A DNA stretch of 64,000 nt from contig NW_003526941.1 of the NCBI RefSeq assembly GCF_000181795.1, positions 688,266 through 752,265 on the forward strand, written 5' to 3'. This stretch comes from Trichinella spiralis. Taxonomy: Eukaryota. Under the pieces are notes generated by a model, which saw only the letters and a program-made list of their open reading frames with translations, had not been told where the DNA came from and searched no databases. Below, one piece after another: positions 1 through 13,755 of this stretch; the stretch's first letter is position 1; the number at the start of each line of letters is the position of its first letter. The position numbers and the translations under genes are program-made.

Positions 1-44
1 GTGGATTTTAGAAAATTTGATAATTTTATTGGTGTTAATTTTAG

Positions 45-2946
45 AATCGTGGTGGTCATGTCTGGCGGTCCGTCACTTGAACAGAATTTTGAAAGTGAAC
101 AGAATGCAGAATGCTTTTCCCATGAATTATTATGCATTTGTCATTTGCTGAATTTTAGGTTTTTAAGCAAATGGCTTGTTTTTTTATTGATAATTTGATG
201 AATGAACATGGTTGGTATGGCCAAAATCGAAATGTAAGTTTGACTTGTACGTGAAATTTTTTTTCTGTTTATTTTTTTTCCTTGAACTCTAGTCATTTCC
301 TGTCATTGCAATTAAATCAGCATTGGATGTTCTTTCTCATTTGAACAAGGTAATTGTTGTACTGTGTTAATTTTTGCTCCTAGCATTTTTCTTAGCGTAT
401 CGTTTCTATTAGGTGAATGTGAAAGTTCGGAAAATTCCGTTTTCAAGCTTTTACATTGATGATTTGGAAAAGAAAATTAATCTTCGCGATGATTTTTTGC
501 AAACTATGAATGAAGACAAGCAGGTAGTATTAATTTTATTTTTTCTGCAAAATTTTATTATTGCTATTTAAATGTTAAATTATAAAATAAATAAATGCTT
601 TTCGAAATGACCGGTGATGTTCATTTCCAATGTGTTTGATTCATTGATTTTTTCAGATAAACTGCTGGATAAGATTAGCTAAAGTTATTTTAAAGTTATT
701 ACTGTTAGAAAGCAGAAAAGCGTCTTATCATCTGCTTGTTCATATCAAAAGCAGTTGTTACTTTAAATTAAATTGCATTCATTATTTGAAAAAAATATTG
801 CAAAATTTAAATTTTGCCGGGTTAATTTGAAAAAATGAGTGTAAAATAAGTTTGATAATTTGTATAATTGTTACCAGAAATTTTTTTTGCTCCGTTGCAA
901 GTGAAATTAGCGATGTCAGTTCGATTGATAAAAATGAATTATTGTACGTTTGCAGTGTTCAAATCGGTTTCTGTTTTGCCATTATCCATTTATATTGAAC
1001 GCGGTGGCGAAAAGTATTCTTTTTCAAGTCAACGTTGCTGTGGAAATGGTGGTAAAATAAAATTATATTTTTGCTTTGTTTGTTCCAGTTGTTTGGCGCA
1101 TTTATGTATTTTTAGATCGCTCAAGTGAGGGAATATTTTTTCATAAGTGTTTCTCGAAACAACATCATCGAGGATACTTTCAAGCAGCTCATTGTTGCTA
1201 CATCGTATGACTTGAAAAGACCATTAAAAGTTGGCGATATTTTTTATTGAAAACTTTTTGCATAGATCTTCTTGGTTTAAAATTCTAGGTGCAATTTGTT
1301 GGAGAAGATGCAGATGATTTGGGTGGTTTGAAGAAAGAATTCTTTATGCTTATTTTTCAAGAACTGTTCAATCCAAAATATGGCATGTTTGTCGAATACG
1401 AAGAGAGCCGATATACTTGGTTTGCGCATTACAATTTTGAAGAAGTATGAAATGGAATTCAAATTAAGGTTTATCTGAAAAAATATTTTCATTATAGCCA
1501 CAAACTTATGAATACGTTGGAATCTTGTGTGGTATGACAATATATAACAATGTCATTGCAGCATTACCATTTCCTTTGGCTCTTTACAAAAAGTTGCTTA
1601 ACGAACCGGTAACTTTGGAAGATCTGAAAGAACTGAGTCCAACAGAAGGGCGGTAAATTTTATTGATATAGGTGATCTTGGTGATTGATGATTATACTTT
1701 GAAATAACTATTTTCAGGTGCTTGGAAGAAATGTTGGATTACGACGACGATGACTTTGAATCTGTATTTGGTGTTAATTTTCAAGTATGTTCATCGTCCA
1801 GTAGCTTGGGCTGTACATTGGAATTGAATTTTGAAACAAAATGTTCTACAAATAAATATTAATATTTACTTTGTTATTTGAAGATATCGCTTCCATGTCT
1901 TGATAAAGTTGAAACCGTTGAATTGAAGCCTGGCGGTGCTGATATAAACGTAACAAAGGCGAATCGTCAAGAATATGTCGATTTGTATGTTGATTATAAG
2001 TTGAACCAAATGGTACTGCATCAATTTGAAGCATTTAAAAAAGGATTTAATCGAGTTGTCGCTGGTTGCATTATTCCAATGTTTCAACCCTTGGAATTGA
2101 TGGAATGTATCATTGGAAACCAGCAGTACGACTGGGTAGCGTTTGAAAAAGTAAGTTGATGTCTGAATTATGGGTGTATTATTTTTAAGTAGTTGTTTGA
2201 TCCCACTTCTTATTTCGTAGGGCACTCAGTATCGTGGAGAATACTGGAGGCAGGATCCAACAATTGTTTTATTTTGGGAAGTGTTTCATGAAATGTCTCT
2301 GGAGCAGAAGAAAAAATTTTTGCTGTTTGTAACTGGAAGCGATCGTGTTCCATTTCAAGGGATGGATCAAATAAAGGTAAGCTGTTGTCTATTCTGTTTC
2401 TTCAGTCTAACAGTAGAATGTGTATAAAGTTTACATGCCATGTAAGCGGATTGGTGAGAAGATAACTGTATCGTAAATGCATCGTATGCATGCGTGCATG
2501 TCCGCGTGAAATGCACAGCGAGCAGTTACCATTTTGGAAATTTTCATGTAAATCATCATATTCACGTTTACGAGTTTATTAAATAGTTAGTTAGTTGATT
2601 ATTCGAGATGAAGGTTCTCACTGGGGTAAACAACGATTATTGTTTGTTGAAATAACAGTTGTAGGTGAAATTAGTAAAGTTGAAGCAACAACATTTTATT
2701 AAAAGCTAATCTTGTTTTTTATTCACATGGAAAATTTACTTTAGATCTTTTAATTGCGATGATTTTTTTTGTTTCGTTTTATGCATTTAGATGATTATTC
2801 AACCTTGCTTTGGCGGTGAAGAGTATTATCCGGTTGCTCATACCTGTTTCAACTTGATAGATTTGCCGAAGTACAAGAGCAAAGAAATTCTCGCCAAGAA
2901 ATTATTAGAAGCAATTGAACACAACCAAGGTTTCACAGTTGTCTGA
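45..2946 (+). CDS. HERC4: HERC3/HERC4-like small HERC HECT E3 ubiquitin ligase, 3' portion (multi-exon; 5' end outside window)
   Basis: Spliced exons read ESWWSCLAVRHL, FLFCHYPFILN, VSRNNIIED..DLKRPLK, VQFVGEDADDLGGLKKEFF, FQPLELMECIIGN and KKKFLLFVTGSDRVP. The last exon 2791-2946 reads YPVAHTCFNLIDLPKYKSKEILAKKLLEAIEHNQGFTVV*, containing the HECT catalytic-Cys motif and a HERC-type C-terminus. Introns are GT-AG. Confidence 0.9.
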
Positions 2947-3329
2947 ATTTATTTTGTGTATTTTTATTTCAGTTTGTGTTTATAAAAAGACGCTTTTACG
3001 CATCGTTTTATTGGCAATTTTATGACAACCTTGAAGAGGAATATCACAAATATATTTTCTAATCATTTGAAGTTGTATCTTTTATGAAAATAAATATATT
3101 TGGTATTCGATGAAAAATATTTCAAATATAAAATGTGATTTTTGTCGAAAAATGTACTTATTTTATTTGAAATGATGTACAAAATATGTAGATATTTACA
3201 TATATAATATATACTGAATTTCTTATTTATTATTTCAACTACAACAATTCCATATTGAACTGCATGAAAATAGCATAGTGAAGCGCCACCAGAGCTCACT
3301 GCCTTACTTTACGCTAGACAAACATACGT

Positions 3330-3600
3330 ATTTACAGGTCAGTAAAGCAACTTTATGATAATTTGATGGTGAACTATGCCGATGGCATTCAGCTGAAAGC
3401 ACTTTGAGCCATTCAAATCCGCAGGCGGTTTCTTACATATAAAACGCTCTCTATTGTCGACATGCAGTTTATGTACAAGTATTCGCTAATGAAGAACGCT
3501 TCAATGACTGCGTCGCGTAATTTGCACATTTTGCAGCTTCACTGTAACGAATACCATATTCGTACTAGACAGAAAATGCGGTCACTGACATTAAACAGAA
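3330..3600 (+). repeat. Diverged copy of the repeat-family segment at ~9200-9480
   Basis: aggtcagtaaagcaactttatgataatttgatggtgaactatgccgatggcattcagct (3336) aligns by eye with aggtcagaagagtaactttatgctaatgtgatgttaaacactgccgttggcattctgct (9206); similarity continues through gcttcactg. Confidence 0.7.
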
Positions 3601-4865
3601 ATTGGAAAATTTTGCTCCTCATCTCCGCCACACTCCATCACTAACGGCGTCTGTTTTCAAGTATGAATTATATTTATATATGTTGCCAGTTATTTCTTTA
3701 TTTTATTTTTAATATATTACATTAAAGATGACCAGTTTTGCCATTTCTGTTAGCGGTTAATTGTGACTTTTGTGAATTGATAATAAAACTTCTTTCATCT
3801 ATAATAACGTTTAACAAACCAACGACACGACAAATATTCAGCTAGAATTAACATTTGATACGTTTCAGAATTTCATAATTTTAATAAATGGAAAGTAAGC
3901 ACTTAAGGACGAAACCTATAAAGTAAAAGTAGGAAGGACAACGCAGTTTTGGCGATATACTCAAAGGTATTTTTTCATTTCTGAATATTTCTTTAATCAC
4001 AGTAAAAACATTTTGAAAGACACTGCTGACGAAGCCTCTGAGTTCTCCGATTTGAAATTATTAGGCATTTTCAAAAGTAGAACATAAATGAAAATTTGAA
4101 TGTTACTTATTATTTCCTGCATTTCTTTGTGTTTATTACTGTAGAATCCACAGTTCATGGCAATCATTTCATGAAATTTAATGCCGTTTTTTCAGTTATT
4201 GATTTAATTAGCGTTAAATTAAGAATGAAAAATGCCTATTTGATTTTGTTTCATCAAGCACATTTTTATGTTTTCGTCAGTTTATGCTATTAATGAACTT
4301 CAAACTTTTATGTATGAAATAGAAGGATTTAATGAAATTGAAATGTTCGTGTTGTTTTCGTAACGTCAAAAGAATAGATTTTAGTGTAATTTCAGCGAAA
4401 CATTTATATACCAATAAAACTTTGCATATAATGAAATGTAAACAAAGCCGTAATAACAGTCATCGTTTATTGAAATTGCTCGCTATATTTGTACAACAGC
4501 ATTAGTATGTTGAAAGTTGTTTCAAAGAACGCTGTGGTGCAAACGAAACGTTGTACGGTTTAAATTTTCATTAATGTGTTCCAGTGAAACCGTGAATTGA
4601 ATTTCAAACATTATACCTGCAGAACATTCGTTAATACCCGATTGTACCAACATATGCCTTGCATTTCTTACACTTGTTAGAAAACAATCATTTCATTGAA
4701 TGCTATACTTTTTATCATCTTCATCAGTCATTCTCTACTTTATTCACACAAAATATGTAGCTATTTGAAATAATTTTCCACCTGCTTACAATGGTATAAT
4801 ACAGCTGATCAAAATCACCTTTAAAGCAGTAATTCACAACAGAAATTAAATCAAAATACAAGTTT

Positions 4866-5500
4866 GTTAAGGATTGGGACATTTACAAATATAAGCAACA
4901 GCAGGTTGGATTAAAATTGCATTTATATATGATTATTTTGACAAATTCTTCTTTTTCTAATGTATTCAATCATGGAAATAGCGTTAACAAAAATTTGAAA
5001 CTTTTTGGATGCTGTAATATGAAACAAAATTCAGGAACAAATGTTATTTTAACAAGAACCTGTTTTTGTTCAAAATATTGTGAATTTTTTGATAAACTTT
5101 AATAAAATCGTTTTCTACTAATATCTTTTCAACTTTTTTATTTTATTTTTTTCCTTTCTTCATCATTAAAATTGTATTTTAGTTTCAGTTTTTCTATAAT
5201 ATCTCAAGAAATACGCAATTAACCAACGTGAGACCAACCTCATTGTTCTTTTTTAATTTTTTCCTACATTTTGACACAATTTTAGGAAAAAAATAGGATT
5301 TTCGAAAATTTCGAAATTTCATGGACTATAGACTTTGCTGTTTTCGCGTTTTTCGTGAAAAATATTTTTTCGAAATTTTGAATTCTTTTGATGAATATAG
5401 TTATTTATATATCGAAAGATTAGGGAGTTCTGCAAATCTGTTTGAACACAATTCCATACGTATGGAATAAATTGATTTTAAACTTAACAGTTTGTCGATT
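4866..5500 (+). repeat. Direct repeat copy 1 (~630 bp)
   Basis: Long near-identical stretches shared with 6301-6930, e.g. gacatttacaaatataagcaacag, ttggattaaaattgcatttatatat and aaaatattttttcgaaattttgaattcttttgatgaatatag. Confidence 0.93.
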
Positions 5501-6300
5501 TTAATACACAGGAAAGTTGCTCATCAGTAACTTTCTTTAAACTGAACTGAACTCTGTGAGATTCAGCTAATGAACCATTCTTGGCATTCTAGTGCTATAA
5601 TTTGTCCAAAAATGCATCCTTGTACAATATATTTCAGTTTTCAGCAAACCAATTTTCCGTTATTTTCAGCCTAATCCGATTAAGTTATCAAATGTTGTTT
5701 CAAAACTTGCTGAAATTTGATTTATTCGCTCAATATATGAACTTTTTTCTAATTTATCTGTTTATTATCATCAAATGAAACGAATTTCAAACGTTATTTC
5801 TCTTAGACGTCGAATATATTATTATTATTATTATTTATATTGTCTTAATGTATGCTTAGCAAATATTTGCTTTGTTTGAAAACTAATCATTTCATGAATT
5901 ACAATGCTGTTCATGATTCTTATCATTACATTAGCATGTCATTGGTACTAAACCTGCGGCTATTTTGATTTATTCTCATTTTCAGCACTCCTTGAATTCC
6001 ACATAACAAAATGAGCCTTACATATAGTATTTGTTTTGATAATAATTAGTTCGAAATGGAATAATCATAATTAGACTAACAACTGAAGATGAAACAATAT
6101 CTCCGTGTACAGAATTGTTTCGAAACCGCTCAGATATTAACTTATAAGTTCAAAAACACTAAAAGCATGTTTCCACGAAATTCGAACGATCTGTTTCTTG
6201 CATAGTTGATTACCAACTACAATAATACGTAAACTATGGGTATATAAATTTTCATTAACATGTAATCGATGACTTTTTCAGAAATTTGATAGAATAGTTG

Positions 6301-6930
6301 GTTAGGGATTGTGACATTTACAAATATAAGCAACAGTATGTTGGATTAAAATTGCATTTATATATTATTATTTTGACTAATTCTTCTTTCTTTAGTGTAT
6401 TCAATCAATGAAATAGCGTTAACAAAAATTTGAAACTTTTTGTATGCTGTAATATGGAAACAAAATTCAGGAACAATTGTTATTTAAACAAGAACCTGTT
6501 TCTGTTCAAAATATTGTGGATTTCTTGATAAACTTTAACAAAATAGTTTTCTACAAATATTTTTTCAACTTTTTTATTTTATTTTTTTTCCTTCATCATT
6601 AAAATTGTATTTTAGTTTCAGTTTTTCTACAATATCTCCAGAAACACGCAATCAACCAACGTGACACCAACCTCGTTGCTTTTTTAATTTTTTCTTACAT
6701 TCTGACACTATTTTTGGAAAAAAATAGGATTTTCAAAAATTTCGAAATTTCGTGAGCTATAGACTTTGCTGTTTTCACGTTTTTAGGGAAAAATATTTTT
6801 TCGAAATTTTGAATTCTTTTGATGAATATAGCTATATGTCAATAAATTGGAGAGTTCTGCAAAGTCTGATTGAACACATTTCCATACTTCTGAAATAAAC
6901 TGCTTTAAATTCGGCAGTTTGTTTATCTTG
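6301..6930 (+). repeat. Direct repeat copy 2 (~630 bp), offset ~1435 bp from copy 1
   Basis: Colinear with 4866-5500, with scattered substitutions and small indels. Confidence 0.93.
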
Positions 6931-7829
6931 ATTGATAGAATATTTACGCAACCGTAACTTTGCTTATATATACTTAATTTGCGGGAAATTTATTAAATGA
7001 AGCATTTTGCACTTTGCTTTAAAAATGATTAGCCTGTTTCAATATTTTTTTCGTATTGTTCAATCCATTATATTTGAAGTAATAAAGCTCACTTTCTTTG
7101 ACAACTATATTAATTATTTTTCAAATACAAATGTATAATGCTATTGATGTTTTCAGAAATATTCAAATGGTATTTATGCTGTAATCAGAACATGAAAGTG
7201 AAGCGATTTAGCGATTTTTCTGTGTCGCATTTCGTTTTGTTAAAGGGGATATTTCACCTTTCATTTACTTTCTGCATTTCTTTATCACAAGCATGTATAG
7301 AATTTGAAATTTCCTTGTATTCTTTCTTGTTGATGATTTCAGCAAATCATATTTGTTTTTGTAATTGTGTTGTTTGTATCAATTGTTTATTTGTCACTTC
7401 TTTTAATTATATTTATTATTATGGTATTTTTAGTAATTGTGGTTCCTATTAATGGATTGAAGCTGAGCATTATTTCTATGCTAACTTTTCCTAAAATATA
7501 TTATTAATTTTATTCAACACATGTATTTAACTGATATTATATTTTATAAGTTGATTTTTGGTGAAAACTGCTCATTACACTTTGAATATTGATTGTAAGG
7601 AAAACATGCAATACAATGTACTGCATGACAATACACTTTCACCCAGCTAAATTCTGTTAATTTAGAAGTTTTTGCAGATTGTGTTAGAAATATTTAGTCT
7701 TTCAGCTTTTCAGAATATTTCAGTGAAAGAAATTGACATCGTAAAGAAATATTACGGTATATTATGCATTTAAATAAAAAGCAAATGACGTTCGTCATTT
7801 AATTAAATTGTTCACCATATGCACGCTAC

Positions 7830-8280
7830 CACGCTATTAGTGATATAAAATTAGCCTGTTCTTACCAGAGGCAAAGTAGTTTTCTATCTGCATAATTTAT
7901 TTATTGTATTTACTATCAAGCACCACTTCAGAGCATTTCTATTATATTCAGTTATTTAGTGCTGGGCGACGGCTAGAAGCATGTGTTCAACTATAATCCC
8001 ACACTTCATTACAATCTTTGAATTATGCTTGATAATATGTTGCCCTTACTTTTCTATGAATGCTATTTGGTTGACTTTTAAATATAGTGAGAGAACATTA
8101 ATCGGCATCTGTATTAGTATTATTATTATTTCCTTTCAGATGCTTTACACAAACGTGTACCTATATTTGTTTTTATGTTGAGATGACCACAATAATATTA
8201 TTCACTTTTAGCATTGTCATGATTTGGAAACAAATGCAACAAAAGAGTGGCATGTGAGAAATATAATTCCACTTTTGAAA
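7830..8280 (+). repeat. Diverged copy of the segment at ~11185-11640
   Basis: cgctattagtgatataaaattagcctgttctt..gcaaagta..tgcataattta aligns with cgctattagtgatggaaaattaggttattctt..gcaaagta..tgcataattta; tcagatgct and gagatgac are shared further on. Confidence 0.7.
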
Positions 8281-8654
8281 GTCTTGTATTTTTAAAAGGT
8301 AAGTGATGCTTGAGAATGTATGCTGATGCTTTTGTGATATACGTTATTCTCATAACTTGACAAACATAATAAATGTGAACTTATAAGGGTTTATGCTAGC
8401 ACTATTCACTTATAAATATTATTAGTAGTACATTACTTTTGATTTTTAAAGGTGCTTCAAACAAACAAAAGAAGCATAGTATACTTTTGCGTTCACCATT
8501 TTCACTTTCACAATTAACATACTATGAAATTGAATACTTCACACACGGGAGATCATAGTGAAGTAGAACTTGCAATCATTATACTATGGTGAGTACCACG
8601 CTAAATTTGCATGTTTTCAGAAATCAAAGATATGCATCACTAGATCGCATCGTA

Positions 8655-11505
8655 AATGAATGTGCATTAGTGCACGATGTAAAGTGTCAGGGTGCAAAAT
8701 CTATAAATTTTTAATAATTTGCTTCTGTATTTTCTCCATGCATATAAGATAACAATATTGCCGGTTCCACACTGACTAAAGTGACAACCGTGATGCACAG
8801 TTTTCAGTACTTCAATCCAGCATGTGCATTAAATGAAATTACTAATTCATTATGCTTGCGTTTTAAGTAAATGTTATTTTTTGCCATTCTTCTGTTTTTT
8901 GCATTCATTTTTCTTTTCAAAGTGGTTGATCAAAGTCTGATTGAAATGTTCACTAAACAATCAGTTCCTTTAAAATAATGAATGAATTTTGCTGAATATT
9001 GCGACATTATTATCGTGCCAGTGCAGCCCCATTTACGTAAGACACTATTTTATACTTCTTTAATTTACGCCATAATATTATTTGTGATAGATAGTGGCTT
9101 TGATCTGTAACGTATTCAGGATTTTGTTGTTGTTCAGCAATTATTATAATCTTTGTTGTTAGCTCATTACATTGTTATACGTTTTCAAAGCATACATGCA
9201 TTTCTAGGTCAGAAGAGTAACTTTATGCTAATGTGATGTTAAACACTGCCGTTGGCATTCTGCTACGTGCACTGTGTGCTATGCAAATACGGTACCAATG
9301 TTCCTTATATAAATTTCTGTTTATTGAGGGAACTCCATTATAGTATAAATGTTTGCTGCTGAAGGGCGGTCTAATTACTTACTGCATTGCGTTATTTGGT
9401 CATTTCGATGCTTCACTGCAACAATTACGTTGCGATTGCGACACTAAAAATATGAAGAAACCATGAACATCAGTTACAAAATGTATGACTCTACGTTTGC
9501 TTTATACGTCATCCCTGACAGGTCTGCTGACAGGTATGAATTTTTATATATTTGCTATTTTTCATACAATGTTTTCTTTCTTTCTCTTGGCAAACTGCCC
9601 TAAACATGCGCGCTTTTTAAGCTTTTCGAGTTGTTTGATTTTAGTCTTTTTGAATGGAAACTAGCGCGTTGTTTTTCAGTAATGATGTTCAACTAATATT
9701 CGAGACTTTATTACTGCCAAGCCATTATAAAATAGTACTAATGGTATATTTTGCTATAATTTTCAATAGTCCTTACAAATCCATTTGTAAAGTAGTACTC
9801 TGACATAGCAGTTGAACCCCTCCCGCATTATATTTACTGTCCACTGTAATGTTTATTGCTAAGGTAACATACTTGCCCAATTGTTTAAAGGAAATGTCTG
9901 TCACCGGGATGCTGCTGTCGCACAATCGCACCCCTAAATGCTTGTCACTGCTCAAATCGTGCACAAGATTGTTTCAGCATGACATACGAAAGCTGCTGTT
10001 AGTTAGAGAACATACTTTTATACCACCACCTTTCATACTTTCAGAATGGCAGTAACGTTCCCTTCATTTATGAAATGACTCCTTAAAGTTTCTATTATGT
10101 CATTTTACCGCCAATAGCACTGACTTATACAGATGCACCTATTTTCTGTCATTGAGAAAATAACTCAATGCCCATCAATGTTGTCAGTATTGATAAATGA
10201 AGCAACGCCTGAATATTATACGTGATGATTGAGTGGAAGAACGCATATGACAACTTCCACCTCCTCCATCCTTCAACTTCTAACTCATTCCTTCCTGCTA
10301 TGCTGTCCCGCCCTCATTTCCTTTCTAATTATCCCCATCACTGATCCCTTAATAATGCTAAGCTGAACAGAGATCACATTCAACTGAAAATTCTGCCCAC
10401 ACCCTATTTACAGTTGAATGAACAGCACTTAGCTGTTTTTATCTCATATAAATCTAATTTCTCATAATTGCTGTCGACTAGCAATATAACCAAATCCAGG
10501 CTACTCCTGATTCTTTTGTTTTATTCTTTTCATGAAATGCAATACAGAATTGTCACCCGCATAAGTTTCTTGAAATCACTGCAAATCGCTCAGTTACTGA
10601 ATTTTTGCGGTGAGAGTTTTTCTCACATTGTATAAAGCGCCCTGATGCAGTTCTCAACCAAGTTTGCAGTCTTGCTATAAATTATCATAAGGCGCAATCG
10701 AACGTGGAGGTGAGCTGTCAAGCGGCATACCCCCTGGAGCAGCCGCTTACCAACATTATGTCTACGCTGCGCACATGGTAACTTCTGTGCTGAGATAAAC
10801 TGCATGTTACAATATTTCCTGTCAACTGTTTAATTTTCCATAAATCTGAAAAAGTATTTTATTTTCGCAACTATTTTCAGTGGGAGCTATTTAAAATTAT
10901 AATTTTGATTAGAAGAAAAGCACTGATAAAATATAATTTATTGAATCACCTTGTACTTTGAAGCAACTAAATTCCACAACATGCATAAATACGCAGTGAT
11001 AACATTTCCGTTTATTTTTAGTAATTTGCGATGCTTTATGTTAATAACTTTACGTTTCAGGTAATTTTAGGGAAAAAATTTGCATAACAATGCAATATTA
11101 CGTAGTAATAGGAAGTGTGTAAATAAAAACGTAATAAATTTCATCGTCTCGTTTTATAATGTTGCTCATAATGTTTATTTTACTGCGCTATTAGTGATGG
11201 AAAATTAGGTTATTCTTCCTGAAGCAAAGTAAATAGTCATTTGCATAATTTACTTATTATACAATTGACTAAGCACATCGATTTTATTAGGTTATGCAGT
11301 TCACTGCAATGCTATCAAACTAGCACGTGGTCAATTATAATTGCGCTCTTCAACACCATCCATGAATAACTGGTAAGTTGGATTTGATATTTTGGTGGTG
11401 GCATGCTATGCATGTTAGTTTACTTATATGGTGAATGGAAACTGACGGGTTTCTTCTCTATTGTTGTTATTGCTAACTTTCAGGAACATCAGATGCTGAA
11501 GACGA
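8655..11505 (+). repeat. Left arm of large inverted repeat (~2.85 kb)
   Basis: Reverse complement of ~16119-19268. The ORF track shows mirrored near-identical peptides (9773-9964 vs 17958-18149; 10623-10805 vs 16814-16996). Confidence 0.95.
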
Positions 11506-11819
11506 AGAAGCATCTATTTCTGTTTATATTTAGAGATGACTGCATTAATATAATTCATTTTTAGAATTTACATTATTTTATTTTCATATCAATGAATATA
11601 AAAAATCCTATCATGAGAAGATGCTGCCACTATGCATCATAATTATTTTCATCTGCTGTTGATTTGCAATCTTGTTTATTCCCGTGAAATTTCAATAAAA
11701 ATGATGGCCAACAAGCAGCTGCGCAAAATGATTATTTGCGAGATATTTAGATTGTAAGTTAGCAACGCCGTCAGCAGCAAGTCTGTTATTGTATTCGTAC
11801 GTGCAACTTAATGTAAGTA

Positions 11820-13200
11820 ATATTGTAGATTGGTTGCCTTTGATTTTAGAAAATTTGAAATTTGAATTTTACATTAGAAATTTATAAAATTTATTCCTAT
11901 CTTTCCTATTTATAAAATGGATGGGTAAAAAGAGTAGGTGTAGGTACAAGAGTGTAGGTAAAAAATATTCTGTTTATATGACAAATTACCTATTAAATAA
12001 TTTCAACTTTATTCTTTCTTTATTTCTGTTCTGTTTATTACGTTACGTGCGCTTTATATGAACTCAGGATGGCGGTTGAAGTGATACCTATGAGAAACAG
12101 CCATATTATAAAAAGTGATTGAAGCCGAATAACAGTGCATCACGATGATATTTGAATTTCATTCATTTTGTAATCCAATGCTTTATTTCGCTGTGTTATT
12201 AAGTTTCGATTTTTTAGTTTGACTATTGCTCTGTTCATGTTTCTACCGTGATCAGTCATGTATCTCAACAGTTCCGCTTTCTGGCTTTCTTCATCGTCAC
12301 AGTAAGAATGAATTTTATGCACTTTGTTATAGCAATGGGTTGTGTCAGTGCTGTGGAACTATTTCTATAAACTTGAATATTTTTCTCTAATGGTGGTTCG
12401 GGTTTCCCTGAATGGATTGAAAAAATGTACAAAAATCTGTAAGTAATTGAGTATCTATAATCTGTTACTATTACTAATGTCTTCTAATTCTACTTATATC
12501 TGATCCTGCATGTTTCTTGTTATCGAATTAAATAGTGTACGTCAACGTAATTCGTTTTGGAATTCTAGTTGCTGTTGCCAGCATGGTATGTCACCTTTAC
12601 CTTAATGCGTTCTAAATGTGCCATCACAAAAATAAGTACACATTTTGCCCATTATAGGAATGGATTACATCATCAACATCGAGTAGATGTACGTTCATAC
12701 TCCTGCGTTAGTTTAAGTTGGCTTAATGGCGTTACCCAGTATTGCTCCAGAAATATGTGTGGCTTTGCTTGTCGCAGGAGTAACATATAATTAAATAATG
12801 ATTGTAATAGTAGCATATATCGTGAATATAGTCGATTTGCACTTGTTTTCGGATACATCATACAAGTCTGGTAGTGCGTGTTGCCATCAGTGCGTTTGGT
12901 GAGTATTTTTGTAGAGTATTATGTGAGTAGGTAAGTTTTAGTATTTTGTAAGTAGAGATTTTGTTTTTTATTGATGAGTGATAGTGATCATTCACACTGC
13001 GGTGTTGCTTATCACATGCTTAGGATGTTTAATTGAAAATTTCAGCGCGTAGCTGTTGAGATGCTTNGCATCCTGAAAGACAAGGTGTTGTATGACTAGC
13101 AAGTATGTTTTTCTAAAAACTTTGTATACTTAGTAATTTAAGGAACAACAATGCACTGTTGTCTTTAATTTTTTATAATATGGCTGTTTTATATCAATTT
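11820..13200 (-). mobile_element. Decayed TIR-bounded DNA-transposon-like relic (possibly Mutator/FLYWCH-type; class uncertain)
   Basis: Inverted motif pair aaacagccatattataaaaa..aacagtgcat (~12095-12140) and atgcactgtt..tttttataatatggctgttt (~13151-13190). The interior on the minus strand is homologous to 14100-15690 on the plus strand, e.g. tcgactatattcacgatatatgctactattacaatcatt vs tcgactgtctcaacgtaatctgctagaattacaatcatt. No intact transposase ORF. Confidence 0.45.
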
Positions 13201-13381
13201 TGCTAAACATGCNTTTACTTTTTCAGAACACTTGTTTTGCAAATATTTTCAGAATCAAATTACGTTTAGATATAGATGAATGAAATTGCTGCATTCTTTG
13301 GTAACTATCCATTACTGAACATGTGGTTTTTTTACAAAGATTCGTAATCACGTCGATAAATACGTCATTACCAAGCACTAC

Positions 13382-13391
13382 NNNNNNNNNN
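13382..13391. other. Scaffold gap (10 N)
   Basis: Run of N; true size unknown. Confidence 1.
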
Positions 13392-13410
13392 TTGACCTAA
13401 GGGGGGTTTT

Positions 13411-13731
13411 ATGCAAATTTTTAATCGCCTCAGGGCAATATGCAAATTTTTATTTGCCCTCAGGCTACGCCTGGGGCTATGCCTCAGGCAATTTTTCGAA
13501 ATTTTCGAAATTTTTCGAAATTTAGCCGCAGGCGTCGCCTCAGGCTATGCCCCAGGGCAAATAAAAATTTGCATATTCCCGCAGGCTACGCCGAAAGCAT
13601 TTTATTGCACAATATTTGCCTTTAGGGGGATATGCAAATTTTCATTTGCTTTCGGGCTATGCCCAGGGCATTCCCTCAGGTATTTTTTTGAAAATTTTGA
13701 ATTTGCATATTTTACACCCTCTTATTTGCAT
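13411..13731. repeat. GC-rich motif cassette: 6 ATGCAAAT octamers, 8 GCCN3-4GGC sites, 24-bp perfect inverted repeat around TTTTCGAAA x3
   Basis: Octamers at 13411, 13440, 13567(rc), 13632, 13701(rc), 13724(rc). GCC..GGC at 13427, 13456, 13469, 13481, 13525, 13537, 13549, 13661. Inverted repeat 13437-13460 / 13554-13577. Confidence 0.9.
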
Positions 13732-13755
13732 CCTTTTGCAATTTCATACATGTCC

